A stretch of DNA of 63,783 nucleotides, the filler included, from Hyphochytrium catenoides (lineage: Eukaryota; Protista; Hyphochytriomycota): assembly GCA_900088475.1 (NCBI GenBank). It is 11 parts of 11 records of this genome, joined end to end, with 100 filler letters (N's around TTAATTAATTAA, not from the genome) between each part and the next. Parts side by side here need not be neighbours in the genome. Positions count along the whole stretch, not along the records: positions 8,983 to 23,619 come from FLMG01004482.1; positions 23,720 to 34,967 come from FLMG01004165.1; 9 more parts are not named here. The stretch is one strand, 5' to 3'. A model generated the notes under the pieces. That model was given only the letters and a program-made list of their open reading frames with translations. It did not search any database and was not told the DNA's origin. The translations under genes were made by a program, and so were the position numbers. Shown in pieces: positions 12,153 through 25,893 of the stretch (the first letter of the stretch is position 1; every line of letters begins with the position of its first letter).

Positions 12153-15100
12153 ATGGCTGAGAAGCCAAAGATGACGGCGATGGAGTTTGTTGGCCACTCG
12201 AGAGATGAGCAGCATCGCCCAGAGATCAGCCGCATGAAGGAGCTGCTAACCAGCTATTATGGTATGGGAGAGGATGACGACACCGCAGGCAATAAGCCGA
12301 GGGATGACCCCAGAGATATGAATTCGGCCGCTTTCAAGCCAGATCTCTATCTCAAGGAACTGCTGACGGAGGTAGAGCTTGCAGATCTTCTCCGCAGAGA
12401 CGACACCATGATGAAGGAGACCAAGATGCTGGACAGTGATATGCAGATGTTGGTCTATGAGAACTATAACAAGTTTATCAGCGCCACAGACACAATCAGA
12501 AAGATGAAAGACAATGTGGAATCTATGGAGAGAGATCTTCAAGAACTAGAGCAGCACATCAACATGATCAGTGACGTCGGAGGAGGAGTTAATGCACGGC
12601 TAGCGGACAAGAGATCGAAAGTGGACAAGTTGGTTGGAGTTCATCGGCTTCTGAAGCGTCTTGAGTTTCTCCTGGAGCTGCCCCAGCGGCTTAACAAGTC
12701 CGTCCAGGTAAGAAGGGGCTCGGTGAAAGAGGAGAAGGCTCAGTCAATCAGGAGACAGGGAAGGGAAGCGGAAGATGTCTCTGCAAGATCACTAGCCTGA
12801 ACACGACTACTTTGACTTTGGCTTCCTTTGAGGACCATCCTCTCGACTTTCACTCTTCACTTCTCGCCTCTTCCGCTACGCTCACTGCTCTCTTCTTGAA
12901 AGGTCAATGAGCTTCTCCCTTCTCTGTCAGAACTTCTGCCTCAATTTTCAATTCTTCTCTATTTGTACGTCGGTGTTAACCTGTCGCTCCTTGCCCTTGC
13001 AGTCTGATGCCTTGGTGCTCTCTCGTTTGCAGTAGTCCATTGACTAAGCGATGATCTGTCTTTGCCTCTTTCATGTCTTTCTCCGCTGCCCTGGGATCGC
13101 TCCCCTTGTCTTGTCTCTCTATACATCTTTTCGCTTCGTTGCTCCTTCGTTCTTCTCCTTTCTGTCTATGCCCGCCAGCTCTCTCAGTTCTCACAGGCGG
13201 TGCGATATTATAACATGACCTCAGGCGTCTTGGCCCGCTACGCACATATCTCGTCCTTCAAAGCCATTCAGAACGACGCAGACGAGATCATGAAGAAACT
13301 CACCGGAGTTTTACAAAGTAAGCTCAAGAATTTGGACGCCGTGCGGCTAGAGGAGATGGAAGAGTATGTGCGACTTCTCTTGCAGGTTCGTACAAAAGGC
13401 TCGTGAAAAAGGGGACGTAGACTTGGCCCGCTTTATCCTCTTGCTTTGGACTATATGCCATGCCGCTCTATGTAAAGCAGTCATCCCGGGGTCATATTTT
13501 GCGTTAGGCCTTACCATGTCAAGGTCTGGACTGTGTATCTGCCTCTCACCCTCTTGCTCGATGTCTTTCACCTCTTTATTAGTTAAAGCAGCCAAGAAAC
13601 GAGATGCGAGACGTATTTCTCTCCTGGCTTCGTGCCGTCTTAGGGAAGCGCGTTGATGCCCATAGTTCGGAGTTCCAGGAGCGAAAGGAGAGAATCGCTC
13701 CTTCAAAGCTACTCTCTCTTCTCTCAAGGGACATTTTACAGGTGTTCGCCAAGGCCGCCGCAGCCTACAAGGTAATATCCTGCGGCACTGTCTCCATCTC
13801 TTGAAGATAAGAGTGTCTTGTTCAACCTATCTGCTCTGTTCCCTGTTACTTACTTCCCTTAGTGGAAATAGGCGGGCAGCTTATAGTGGGACGGCGGCCT
13901 AAAATAACTCATTCTTCCTATCTATGGGTCTCACCGTGTCTCCTTCATTGTCTCTTTCTTTCTTCCTCCTTGCTTTCTCTTTGTGTCGGAACTGAGTCTT
14001 TGGTTACGTCAAGGATATCTTCAGCACCAATGGTAAGCTTGAGTCCGGGGACCAGTCTGCCCTCGTTTCAGTCACTCGTGAGGTATTCGCCAAGTACTTT
14101 TCTTTTTTGAAGAAGGTGTTCCAGAGTGAGAAGCTTGCCGCGGTAAGATCAGTCTCTTCCGGTGCTCTCTCTCTCTCTTTGCTCTCTCTTTTCTCTCTCT
14201 TTTCTCTCTCGTTTCTCTCTCTTTTCTCTCTCTTTTCTCTCTCTTTTCTCTCTCTTTCTCTCTCTGGGCTGCTTGCTCTGTCTCTCATTGCATCCCTATT
14301 CAAAAGAGGTTTGTCGTGCAGTTTTCTTGCTTATGGCGGTTCCGATTTTATCCATGGATATCCTGTTTGGGGTCGCTCCTTATCTCATCCTACGTCTTAT
14401 CTGTACTGGTGCTTATGCTCTCTCTGTGTTAGGAGCAAGGGGACGCAGGAGGAGAAGGAAGTGACAACAACCTTGAGCTAGATAGTGTCACTAAGGCTCA
14501 TGATGAAGAGTATCGACCTCTTCTTCTTTGTCTCCGGTCGCTGCTTAGTGAGGTTCAGAGCCTTCACGGCGTAGTTAAGGCTGCTGGGCTTCCCGATAAA
14601 GCTGCGGAGATAGTAGAAGCAGCAATAAGGCACCAAGTAGGTTGAGACACTCACAGTAGAGTCTAACACAGGGGAGAGAATATGGAAGTCGGAGTGATAA
14701 GGTGCATGAAATGCAAAGCATTTGAACCCCAGGACTGTGAACGGTGTCTTTCCGCCTGCTGGGACAATCTTGTCTTCACTTTTGGGCAATTGCTGATCCC
14801 CAATCCTTGTCCTCTCTCTGCTCTTTCCTTCTTGTTAACATTTGCAGGTGAGCCAGGCTTTCCTGCAACTAAGAGAGAAGATACTAGACATTGTTAGGAT
14901 GGTTCACTATCACACGCTGGACGGGCCCGCGCAGGCACTGGTCCGAGAGGAAGAGAAGGACTTTCCTTCTTTCCAAGGATCTCTGAAGAACATGCCACCG
15001 CAGGTGAGAATAACAAAGGAGCACGATGGGGAGCAAAAGCACGCCTTTAGGGGAAACGACAGATGGCATCACAGATTGCTCTTTCTCTCATGACGGGGAC

Positions 15101-17205
15101 TCCTTCTGGCAATCAATCCTGGTTTTTCCTTCTCCCTATCCCTACTCAGTCCCTTGTCTCATCTCCTCTCAGATCATGACGCTTTTTGTAACTGAAGTGG
15201 AGCATATCTTGCGTAAGATGCAGCCTCTCATCAACAGCGGGAGCTTTCTCCAATCTCAGGACCTCGGAGGAGTATTGCCCACTATAGTGCAGGTATCAGC
15301 GAGAGCGGCTTGACTTGCCAATCAATCTTTCCTAATCCTCTTGCTTTGTTTCTTCACGAAGACCCTCTTAAAGTCTGGCTGGGGAAGAGGAAGAGGGAAA
15401 CCCCTGCTTTGTATCTCTCTCTTAGAACCCTAATGTCTTCTTCCGGTCACTCAAAGGTCACAATCCTGTGTGACTGATAATACAGCTACAATCTTTACCT
15501 GTCAAAGGTTCTTTGGAAACCTTTTTTGACTACGATTGAAGTTTGTTACCCAGGGCGTTAGCCTGCTCTAAGCCTGTTCGCCTTGATATCGGGTCTCTGT
15601 CGAACGCTGAACATGTTTCAATCGACGTTTCGCTAACGTTGTGGCCTCTTCGCGTCTCCTCTCGTGTCTCCTGTTAGGGCCAATTCCAGCACTTTTTTGT
15701 ATGGCTGAACCGTGCTTTCGTCCTTCTAACTGAAAGTCCCAAGTATCCAAAGATCATTAAGTTCACGCGACCAGGACGTGAAAGAAGTGGCGGCGGAGAA
15801 GGAGAGCAAAATAGAGGAATTGAGAATCGTGTCTGCCATCCGGAGGATAGTTCAGTCCATGTGCCTCTATTCCGGCAGACATCTCCACGATTCTTTTTAG
15901 TGATGGCACTCGTAGTGCGAGAGCTTGAGAGCCAAGGTCCGTAGCCGTGTTGCAGTTAAGGGAGAGAGGGAAAGAGTAAGAAGATGGGTACTGGTCGTTC
16001 ATATAGGTGCATGGTATAGTGGGGAGAAGGGAGAGAGAGACAAAGCAGCAGTGGACTCTCCAAGACTGATGTCTATAGACCAAGACCTTCTTTAACTTCT
16101 GTCGTCCTCTTGCTAACTTCCTCTCTTTCCATCCAAAGGTTGGGGATTCCTCAGCATGAGCATCGTCTCGACCCTGTCTCCCGTCCTCTTCCTTGCTCTG
16201 AACTACTGTCTTATTTGGCTAAGTCCATTTATTAATGTTAGGCATTCAGCGCTGCCTTCGGACGTTAGTGGACTGCCTTCCGCCGACCAAACAAACCAGC
16301 AACCTGCAGCAATATGGCATGGATAATGTCATCGACACGCAGGACGTGCTACAGGTTGTCACTGCTACCATTTGTTTCCCATCTGCTCTCTTCTCTCTCG
16401 CTCTCTCTCCTTTTTCTGTCACCACCCACTACTGACCTGTTAGCTAGCTTAACGGCGTCTGCCGATGCTGTGTCACTTATTTTCTCTGTTCTCGTATCGC
16501 GGGTTGTTCACTCTTCAGTTGTTTCTCTCCCCTTAACAGCGCACAAAGAGCACGGCCCAAGCTCTTCTCTCCTACTTTGTTGAGCTGCATGGACGCTCTC
16601 TGTCCATACCTCTCCAGGAGCATCTTGAGAGGCAGAACTGGGCCAACCATAAAGAACAGCCTCGAGAGGTCTCTCCTATCATACTTTCCCTGCTGGAAAA
16701 GGTAAGACCTGGGGCTGTCTGTCTATTGCGTCCCTTATAGTCGTCCTGCTTCTTTCCCCTAGCTTCTCTACTGTGTCCGAACTTTAATAAAGTCTACCAT
16801 CGTCGCGCGTTGGTGAGCGCCATGGAAGGGTGCCATAGCCTCTTCTTTCTCTGCTTGAAACCCTTCTTCCCGTCGCCGACCAGCGCGAGCTCCAAGTTTA
16901 TTTTTCTCCTTTTTGACATTTCAGGCCTTAGCTGTGGCCAAGGAAGCCTCTGGGATCCTGGGAGAGACCTTCCAGCTGAACCCCAGCCGGACCATGGTGA
17001 ACACAAGGGACCTTAGGCGCAATCTCTCTTCACCTTCCGCGTCCGCGCTCCCTCCTACATCAAAGTCTAAAAGAAGTGTCGGCGTCCACCTTGACATTGA
17101 GAAAATGTTTGCACAAAAAGTATGTTTACTATCTACGTAGAACGTAGAGATGGTAGAGAATTGAGAGAAAAGAGAGAGAGAGAGACAGAGACAGAGAGAG
17201 AGACA

Positions 17206-17249
<44 letters not shown>

Positions 17250-17651
17250 CTAGGAATATCTGCCTGAGAGTAGTACGTATCTCTATTGAGGGGTTTCTAA
17301 TACCTTTCTTCTTTGTAGGTAAAGGTTTTTGGAAATGTGACAGAGTTCACGGTCTCTGCCTTGATCTCTGGAGTGTTTATCATAGTCCTCAAGGCATTGG
17401 CAGAGACAGTGCGGTTGCTCTCTTTCTCCCGCTTTTCTCTTCAGCAGCTACAGGTGGATCTTCACTTCCTCCGCCTAGTCCTGCCCTCCTTTTCCCTCTC
17501 CCCGCTCGAAGAAAACGGCGCCGTAGCTCAGTTGCTGGACGAGGTCTGGGACAATCTGGGAGAAAGATGTCTAGAAGGAGGATCAGCCATGGACCAGAGT
17601 GTTCTCGTCGCGATTACGAGCACGCAACGCGCGAAGCTAAGGCTCGAGTAG
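12153..17651 (+). CDS. VPS51: Vps51 (Ang2/fat-free), GARP/EARP tethering complex subunit, about 12 exons
   Basis: N-terminal Vps51 domain LLTSYYG...FKPDLYL...LDSDMQMLVYENYNKFISATDTIRKMK...LKRLEFLLELPQRL. C-terminal LDIEKMFAQK and ETVRLLSFSRFSLQQLQVDLHFL. Exons join in phase. Confidence 0.93.
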
Positions 17652-18090
17652 CGCGAGATGCTTGGGCGTTGTGAGCACAGACAGAGTAAGAGTGATCGTC
17701 ACTCGTATCATACTCAATATTAGATGCTAATCGACCAAACTATAGTGTTTCGATGTGGGAATTGCTACGGTTAGAGGTGGATTGCGATAGTAGAGACAGA
17801 GAGGGAATGCAACTGTGTGTGCGTGTGAAAGAGAGAGAGAGCTCCAAAGAGAGAGACAGAGTGGGAATGCATGTGTGTGAGAGAGAGAGACAAAAAGAGA
17901 GAACTGGATATAGAGCGTGAAGGAGAGAGGGCGGCGGCGAAGTGGGAATACAGTGGAAGACCACAGAGCGAGCGGCGATGACGCGGTTTCGACTGTCCAC
18001 ACCATAAGTTAAGACATTTATATAGGTCCAGTTCGTCCTATCTTAGCTCCAGAGGGTTGAGCCTTCACGGCTATCCAGAGCTCCCTTCGT

Positions 18091-21000
18091 TTATACTTTC
18101 ACGAACTTCAGAGCGTGGACCAGGCGAAGATACTGGCTGAGGAGGAGGAGGGCGCCAACCTGCGGCCCCAGAAGGGACGAGAGAGTAGAAAAGAGGAGGG
18201 AGGAGGTTAAATGACCAAACCTTCTACGGCCATTGATTCTAGGGTGAACAGTGTTTAGACTATCTGACAGAGCGCCAGTCTCCAGGACTCGACGCACCTG
18301 ATGAGCTGTTGCCAGTTCTATGGGAACATATGTCAGGAGTGTCGTGATGCCAAGGCCAACCTGAAGAAATGATATAAAAGCATCTTTTCAGCCAAAGCAG
18401 GAACAGCAGCTACTTCCACCATCTGAACGAAAGGCTAAGGAAAGGAACGAAGATAGAGAAGACACTGACCCTCCCGATCAACGAGAATGACCAGACAGAT
18501 GGATAGAAAGAGAGAGAGTGGACGGGAAGAAGAAGGGGTCAGGACCATGGCCAAACCACAGTACGCAGCCGACACTTAGAGGTATAGTCGTAGAAAAGAT
18601 GACGGAGACTGAGGTGCGGGAAGCAGAACGACAGAGGAGAGGACGATATTTGGTCTGACCTGAGCGCCTGCCATAAGAATCATGCCGTTCAACCTCTGCT
18701 TGGCCTGTGCTGGCAACTGGTTCCATAGATGACGATTTCTCCCTAATCCATAGACTACTGCAGAGCTGAGGGAGATTCCGGGAGACAGCGGACAGAGCAA
18801 GGGAAATCGGTTGGGCAAGAATGAGACAGAGTCGTGGAAGCCACGGGGACGGAAAGTAGCCAGCGGCAGAGGGAGAGAGTTGGGGCAGAAGAGTGAGAGA
18901 GAACGTTGCGCAATGGAAGCATCAATGTTACAGAGGATAAGAGAGACAAGGATAAGGTTAAACATAGAGGCGGAAGAAAACGACGATATGGGTAGGACAG
19001 TGAACAAAAAATTGGATTAGGGTGTAGGTATATATTGAGAAGCAGCATAGATAGAGATGAGAGAGAGACAAACATAGAGAGAGAGGGAGAGAGCGTCAGA
19101 CAGACAGACAAACGGACAGTAAGGGATGAGATCAGTGTTTTCTTCTTACAGGCCGAGAGTTGAAAGCGCAAGGACTCGGTGATCAAACTGGACGGTCGCC
19201 GTATTCTCAAAAAAGTTTAGATAAGTGGGCTAAGATAAGGAAGAATCGATCAATGTTAGAGGTAGGACGCGTAGAGAGACAAAGGCTAGCGAGTAAGTCA
19301 AAAGGTCAACAGAGACCTAGAGAAGAAGACATTGTGGGAAGGCACGAACGAAGGTTGAAAGCAACACTGAGGGGACTCGCCTAGTTCGAACCGTGCTGAT
19401 AGAGACTGCAGGAGACATGCTGGGACATGACAAAAGGCAGGGAGGGCAAAAAAAGAGAAGGGAAGGAGAGGAAAGGAAATTGGAGATACCGAAAAGACGG
19501 GAAGCCGACTCGTAGACCCGAACCATGGTAAGCATCAAATTTATCACGCACCTTGAGGTCCAGTATCTCCTCTGGAATCCATCTTCCGTCCATAAGTGGG
19601 AAGGTGTTAAACGCTCTCCCAGCATCATTACCAGCAACAAACGCTCCTACAGAAGTAATAACGGGAAAGAGAACAGAAAGCTTTAGAGACAGAAGGCGCG
19701 AGAGAGTAGCAGGCCCAAAGTCCAAACACATCCTCATGCGTTTACGTTCAGAGGTGGTAAGGCTTAAAGGCAAAAAGCCGTTTGAGAGGGCCAAAAGAAG
19801 GGGCGGGAGTCGGTGAGAAGACCAACGAGGACAAAGAGAGCACCCAAAAAGAGAAAGCCGAAAAGGAAGAGTGAAAGAGAGAAAAGAAGAGTCTACCGGA
19901 AACGACGGTAACAGCTAACAAGTGGGCTGCTCCAATGGCAAGAGAGCGGACTTTCCTCGCCTTCTGCAGAGCAATTTGGTCCACGCAGCCTTTCAGGTCT
20001 AAGAAGTGAGCTCGTGGGTAAAGAGCCTCCAACCCTGTCCAGACGAGAAGGGAGAAAGTGCCAAACGCCATCGACAGATGGGTGGCCAGCCTATAAGGGC
20101 TCACGCGAATCTCTTTGTGTGAGTTCCTTAAGGAGTCATCGAGTCCGCTGCGAACCATCCACCAGCCGATACCGCCCTAGAACAACGAGGCGAAGAGAGA
20201 ACAAGTACAAGACGAGAGAGAGAGAAAGAGAGAGAGAGAAAGAGAGAGAGAGAGGGAGGGGGAGAGAGAGAAAGAGTTAGAGAGAGAGAGAGATAAAGAG
20301 CGAGGGAGCGAGAGGGAGAGAAGCGAGAGAGATGGATCAGCAACTTGTTAAGCTAGATACAGCCGGGATCGCAGAATGATGGATGGGACCAGGAAACGAG
20401 GAAGGACAGAGGCTGTTGCCTTTAGTACATCTATATTTATTGATGCGTCTAGGGAAAGAAAGTGCTCCCCAGAGCGGAGATGAAGCAGGGAGGCGATGGC
20501 AGCCAAGTAGGGCAGCGAAGATAAAGTGGGCATTCGAGCGGGCATTCGAGCGAGAAAACAGTAAAGAGAGCGGGGAAGAGTGCCCACGTAGCTTGAGGGA
20601 GAGAAAGGCAAAGTCCCGTTCTACCTGTGCCGCACCAAGTCCCGCCAGGGCCCACAATTTGCCGTACAAATGCTTTGGTATCTTTTTTCTGAGGTGGAAG
20701 TACGCGAAAGGGCCAAGAAAGGCGACTCCAAGCACTCTTCCCAGCATCCGATGGCCATACTCCCACCAAAAAATGCGCTTGAACTCACTGAGAGTCTGCG
20801 TGAATTAGAAGTAGTGAGAGAAAGTGACACAGAGACGAGGGAGAGACAGAGAAGGAAGCGCGGAGACAGAGAGTGATATAGCAGCTTAATCTCTAAAGGA
20901 TAAAAGAAGGAGCCGTCGCACTGGACGTTTACCAAGGGAGAGATTATAGAGAAAGAGAGCGGGACGAGTAAGAGAGAAGCAAAAAGGGGTACTTAGAAGC

Positions 21001-21989
21001 AGGGCGGGAGAGGCGGGAGAGACAGCCAGACGAAGAGCAGGCATATGTGAGCAATTAGGGCGGGAGGAAAGAGAGGGAGAGAGATCAGCACATTTGTCTC
21101 TCGTACCATCTGCTGGCGTTGTTGATACTCGGGAAACTGCTTATACTTCTCGAACTCTATTTGCCATTCCTCTTCGTTCATTGGAGGCAAGCCACCCTAC
21201 AGACAGAGAAGCAAGCAATCACGCGCTTAGAAAGTCCAAGAGAGGTAAGAAATCGGGTAGAAAGAAAGAGATAGAGGAATTGACTAGGAGGCTAGGAGGA
21301 GGACAGGATACCAAGACGCAACCCAAAAGGTCGCCACAGGCCTGCCTCTCAGCAAACGAAGAGATAACGGAACGAGGATAGAAGCAGGGCGACGGCTGTG
21401 GTCGACATATAACGGCTGGCATGCACAAAGTAGTCAAGAAGAAGTGACAGATGGAGAATAAAAAAGAGCTAATGAGTGGTAAACAGAAGGCGAAGGGATG
21501 AAAACATAAGGGAGGAAAGAGATGGAGTATGAGAAAGAAAGGCGTACACAGAGAGAGAGAGAGAGACAGAGAGAGAGAGAGAGAAAGAGAGTATCAAGAC
21601 AAAGGGAAGAAGTAAATGAAGAGAGAAAAAGAAGACGTATACAGAGAGGGAGAGAGAAAGAGAGAATCAAGAAGCCATAACGACAGACTTGCTGTGAATA
21701 AACAGTATAGGAGAAGCACACGGGTGGCGGCAAGACACAGAGCTAGCAGACAGGAGAGGCGGCTTCCGCGGCTAGTCAGAAGAAGTGAGCGCCGGGGCTC
21801 TTACATGGGGCTTCCAGTCGACCATAGAGAGTCCTGAGCGGGTCAGCCGTGTGATGCCGCCCACCAAGACCATCCCGCCTACCATCGCCCCACACCCCAA
21901 AAGCCAGACTCCGACTGGGAGGGAGTGCGAGAGTGAGCTTTCTCCTGTGCCGCCAAGTGCAGCATTCGACTGAAGAGAGAGAGAGAGAC

Positions 21990-22023
<34 letters not shown>

Positions 22024-22667
22024 AGAGAGACTGTGTGAGAGGGAGTGAGGGCGGGAGAGAGGCGACAAATATAAAGTCGCCCAAGCAGGAAGAGGAAGAG
22101 TATTTAGGCACGCGCACAACAAGGTCAAAGAGAGATGATGTGTGCCGTATAAAGGGAGAGAGAGAGAGAGAAAACAGAGAGAGAGAAGCGAAGAAGAGAG
22201 AGAGAGAAAACGGTATAGAAGAAGAAGAAAGGAGAGGAGAAGGGGAGAGATACCTGAGCTCTTCTATTAAAGCTCGACCCCAGACGATGGGGACCCCATC
22301 TTGGCTCTGAGAGTTGACGTGACAACGTCTGCTCCCTTTTGAAGGTATGGGCTGCTCTCTAAGATAGAAAGATGCTTGATGAGCTCGAGCGCTGAGGGTC
22401 GGAGAGAAAGATGAACCCACAAACGAATGAGAGAGGAGAAGCGGAAGAAGAGATGAGAATGAGAGAGAGAAAGACAGAGAGACAGAAACGAAGTAAGAGA
22501 TAGCGATATTGAGGAGCGGAGCGATGGGAAGATGCGCTTCGACACAGTGCGACGTGTCAAAGAAAGAGCATCTTCCCACAGGAGAGATTTCTTGCCTGCA
22601 GACTCCTCTGCTTCCAGCTTGCGGAGGATCTGAGACCGGGGAGGGAACCTCGAAGGTAGTAGATCAT
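18091..22667 (-). CDS. COX15: Heme A synthase COX15 with N-terminal mitochondrial-type transit peptide
   Basis: Exons encode [95 protein letters not shown] and LGITTLL...LATAHQ. The start (ATG 22667) assumes a GC-AG first intron. Confidence 0.93.
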
Positions 22668-23587
22668 GGTCGGAGACTCTCTGTCCTGGCCCTGTTGGCC
22701 TTGTCTCCTGCCTCCCACTTGCCCTCAGTCACTGGTGAAGCGGAGCTCCAGGCAATGGATTGCCGTCGAGTGAACTAGTAAGAATATGAAAGTGTTTGCT
22801 AAGAAGCTGTCAGCTGTCAACACAGCGACAGTATGCGGAGGATGAGCTGGAGGATGTGGGACACGGAGGAGACCGCAAAAGGAGGAGGAAAGGCCCCGAT
22901 AGGGGAGGAGATCGAGGGTAAATAACGGAGTAGTGCGGACAGTAGTGCGTAAGCAGGAAAGGAGAGAGGCAGCAAGGAGACAGAGAGACAGAGACCAGCG
23001 AGTCGAGAAAAGGAGAGAGAGAGAGACAGGGAGGGAGAGCGCGCACTCGAGAGAGAGAGAAGAGAGAGGAAGAGAGGGAGAGAGAGGGAGGGAGAGGGAG
23101 AGAGGGAGAGAGGGAGAGAGAGGNNNNNNNNNNNNNNNNNNNNNNNNNNNNNNNNNNNNNNNNNNNGAGAGAGAGAGAGAGAGAGAGAGAAATGGGATGA
23201 GAGAGAGAGAGGAGAGAGGGGGCGTAGAACTAAAGGAAGTCCAGTCCTCCGATCAGAAGCAAAACCGCGGCAGCACTTTGGAGGTGCGTACTCTGAAGCG
23301 ACAAAGCTCTTGAAGGGATCAAGGATAACGCTAATAGCATTCTAAAACAGAATCATACAAATCGAGAACCAGAAGCCTCTGATTATATCTAGAATAAATG
23401 TTTTCGTTTGAGATGTATCGTTCATAATACTGTGATTTGTTATGTATATCACTCCCGACTTGACTAGCGGCGCTTTAAATGATGTTTGCCCCAGACTAGG
23501 TCGTTTGAGCTTAGAGTATTAAAGCATCTCCATCAATAGCTTTCAACCACACAAGAGGGCAAGAAATAGCGCAGTCCAATCCTTGTG

Positions 23588-23619
<32 letters not shown>

Positions 23620-23719
23620 NNNNNNNNNNNNNNNNNNNNNNNNNNNNNNNNNNNNNNNNNNNNTTAATTAATTAANNNNNNNNNNNNNNNNNNNNNNNNN
23701 NNNNNNNNNNNNNNNNNNN

Positions 23720-24113
23720 GGAGTCGTTTGGGGGAGCTATGCAAGGCGTCGTTGATTGTGTGGGCCACCTGGTGAAGCTTCAATGTGACCGCTCCGCTCT
23801 TGACGGTTCTCGGCATCTTGGTCCTTGGTCTCGCTTAGCCATGGGCCTACGCCTTCATACGCGAATGTCTTTGGCCATTCACGAAGAAAATGCTCTTCAA
23901 ATCCTGAAGCGCGTTCCTCCTGAACAGCTGGACCCTTCTCTTGCTTGTCTCGCGACGGCTGAGCTCGACGGGGTTGACATGATGGTTGATGGTGATGACA
24001 TGGTCGCTGATGGTTCACCTCCTCCTCCTCCTTCTTCTCTGCTCATCATTACTGAGGAAATCAACTATGATTCTTCTTTTACTGATGATGAGCCGGGAGC
24101 AGGTTCGAGCTGA
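23720..24113 (+). CDS. 3' end of a hypothetical protein, truncated by gap
   Basis: Open frame of normal complexity ending at TGA 24113, followed by a T/CTT-rich tract. No recognisable family. Confidence 0.35.
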
Positions 24114-24559
24114 GATGAGGGAAGAGCCTAAGGCTTCTTAGCTTTTCTTCTCTTCTTCTTCCTCTTCTTCTTTTTCTCTTTCTTCTTCTTCTAGGATTAG
24201 TCTGTTCGTAGCGATAATAGTAGCAATAAAAAACTTCTTCTTAGTTATCGGCAATAAAAATAAATGATAAACAACGGGCAGCAGGAGAGAGGGAAGAAAG
24301 AAAAGAAGGAAGGAGGAGGTAAAAAGAAGGAGAAGAAAGCCATCATAATGAGAGGCCGTAATGAAGAGAAGCCCGGAGAAAGCCTAAGAAGAAAAGAAAG
24401 CTGCTTTCACTCGGCTCTTCCACCGGGCTTGCCCTCTCATCACTTCGTCAGCAGAAAAGGTAAGGTTTATATATAAAGTTTATCTTTGAAAGAGCAAAGA
24501 AAAAACAGCACCAAGACCATCACCACGGCTCCTTGTCGAGAAGAGAAGAAGAGTCTTTA

Positions 24560-25893
24560 GGGTGCAATGGAGTTCGAGGAGGCATTCTACGCGTCACTAA
24601 CCGAGGTGCAAGTTGCTCAGCAAAGCCGGAGAAGATAATGTGTCCACGGCCTGAGCATTATTAGTAGTTCTTAGAGCGAGGATAAGACTCCTCGGAGCTA
24701 TGGTGATGGCCACTAATAAGATGAGGAAGTACCTTCAGCCCTTTAGCCAGGGCGGAGCCGCCGTACTATGGCAGCTGCTGGATGCATTCTTCGTGACAGG
24801 ATAATAACCAGAAGGAGAGAGCAGCAACGGCCCTGTATGTTGCTATGTGCTCCTCGTCCTGGGCTCTTCTTCTTCCATTCCCTAGTAGGCTTCCTCTTCT
24901 TCTTCTTGCTGGATTGCTATGGAGAAGAGCGTCTCTTGGAAGGAATTGCGCTTTCTCATCCTTCTGTTTCTTCTATGTCGCCACTGCGGACAGGACCGAC
25001 CCGCAGTGCCGCTAATCGGAGAGCTCATACCGCCATCAACAGCATTTCTTTTGCCCCACCGGCAGCTTGTGGAGATAGAGGAAGAAGCTACTGCCAATGA
25101 GGAAGAAGCTGCCATATAAATTGCTGTGGGTTCGTCTGCGCACCTATCCTGTCTTGTTAGCTTGGCATATCACGTCATGACCCTAGCCCTATGTGGAACC
25201 GTATGTGCTTGATCATCGGCAGCAGCAACCGGAGGAGCTGTACGCCGGAAGAACATATAGGTGAACCGCTAATAAGCGGGCTCTGTCCAGCAAGAACGGA
25301 CGCTCACGTAGAGAGAGAAGATAATGAGAGAAAGAAAGACATCATAACTCGCTCTATTGCTCTTGCCTTACCAGCGAAAACCTAAAGAAAGAGTTGGCGA
25401 TACCACTGTGGATGTTCAAACAGAGAGAGACTCTCCTCACTCCTGTCGCTGCTTCGCCATCCTCCCTTTTTCTCCTCCTGATACAAAGATCCAATACCTT
25501 CTCCTATGCCCATCATCGAGACAACGTTCTCTCATGATGTCTCTAACCATCAGGATCGCTTGGCTAAGGTCTTGTCACAAGCTCCGCAGCCATCTGCGGC
25601 GACGATAGCTAGAAGAAGAAGAGACAGATGATAATCTATTGAAAAAGTGGTTAAATGTATGGACTTCCCAAGGCATGGCGAAGAACCAGCGGGAACTTAG
25701 GAGTAGCTAGTCGCTCAGGGACAGGCAAAGAAAGCTGATGAAGGACTGGCTCAAGTCAAAAATGCTAGGGCAGTATCTCCCTCGTTGCCTCATAGCAGAC
25801 GCCAGAGACTGTCACGGCCGCCGATGGGCAGCAAGCAAGGCAACAACTGGCAAAAAAGCTCTTCTGTTCCTCGTTTCTCAGCCCTGCTGCTAG
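24560..25893 (+). pseudogene. Decayed coding-like sequence
   Basis: One frame from 25357 to 25893 reads as protein-like text broken only by in-frame TAGs (RRR*LEEEETDDNLLKKWLNVW...RSS*SLRDRQRKLMKDWLK). Further short protein-like fragments lie upstream. Confidence 0.3.

Noticed and set aside
17790-17900. Short imperfect direct repeats (also ~7105-7165, 20528-20552, 36085-36130, 45728-45778)
   Set aside because: Two-copy local slippage duplications with no spacer array or terminal-repeat structure.
25606-25710. TAG stop-codon reassignment
   Set aside because: AP1S, VPS51 and HYOU1 end in TAG at their expected C-termini, and the long conserved exons I read contain no internal TAG.
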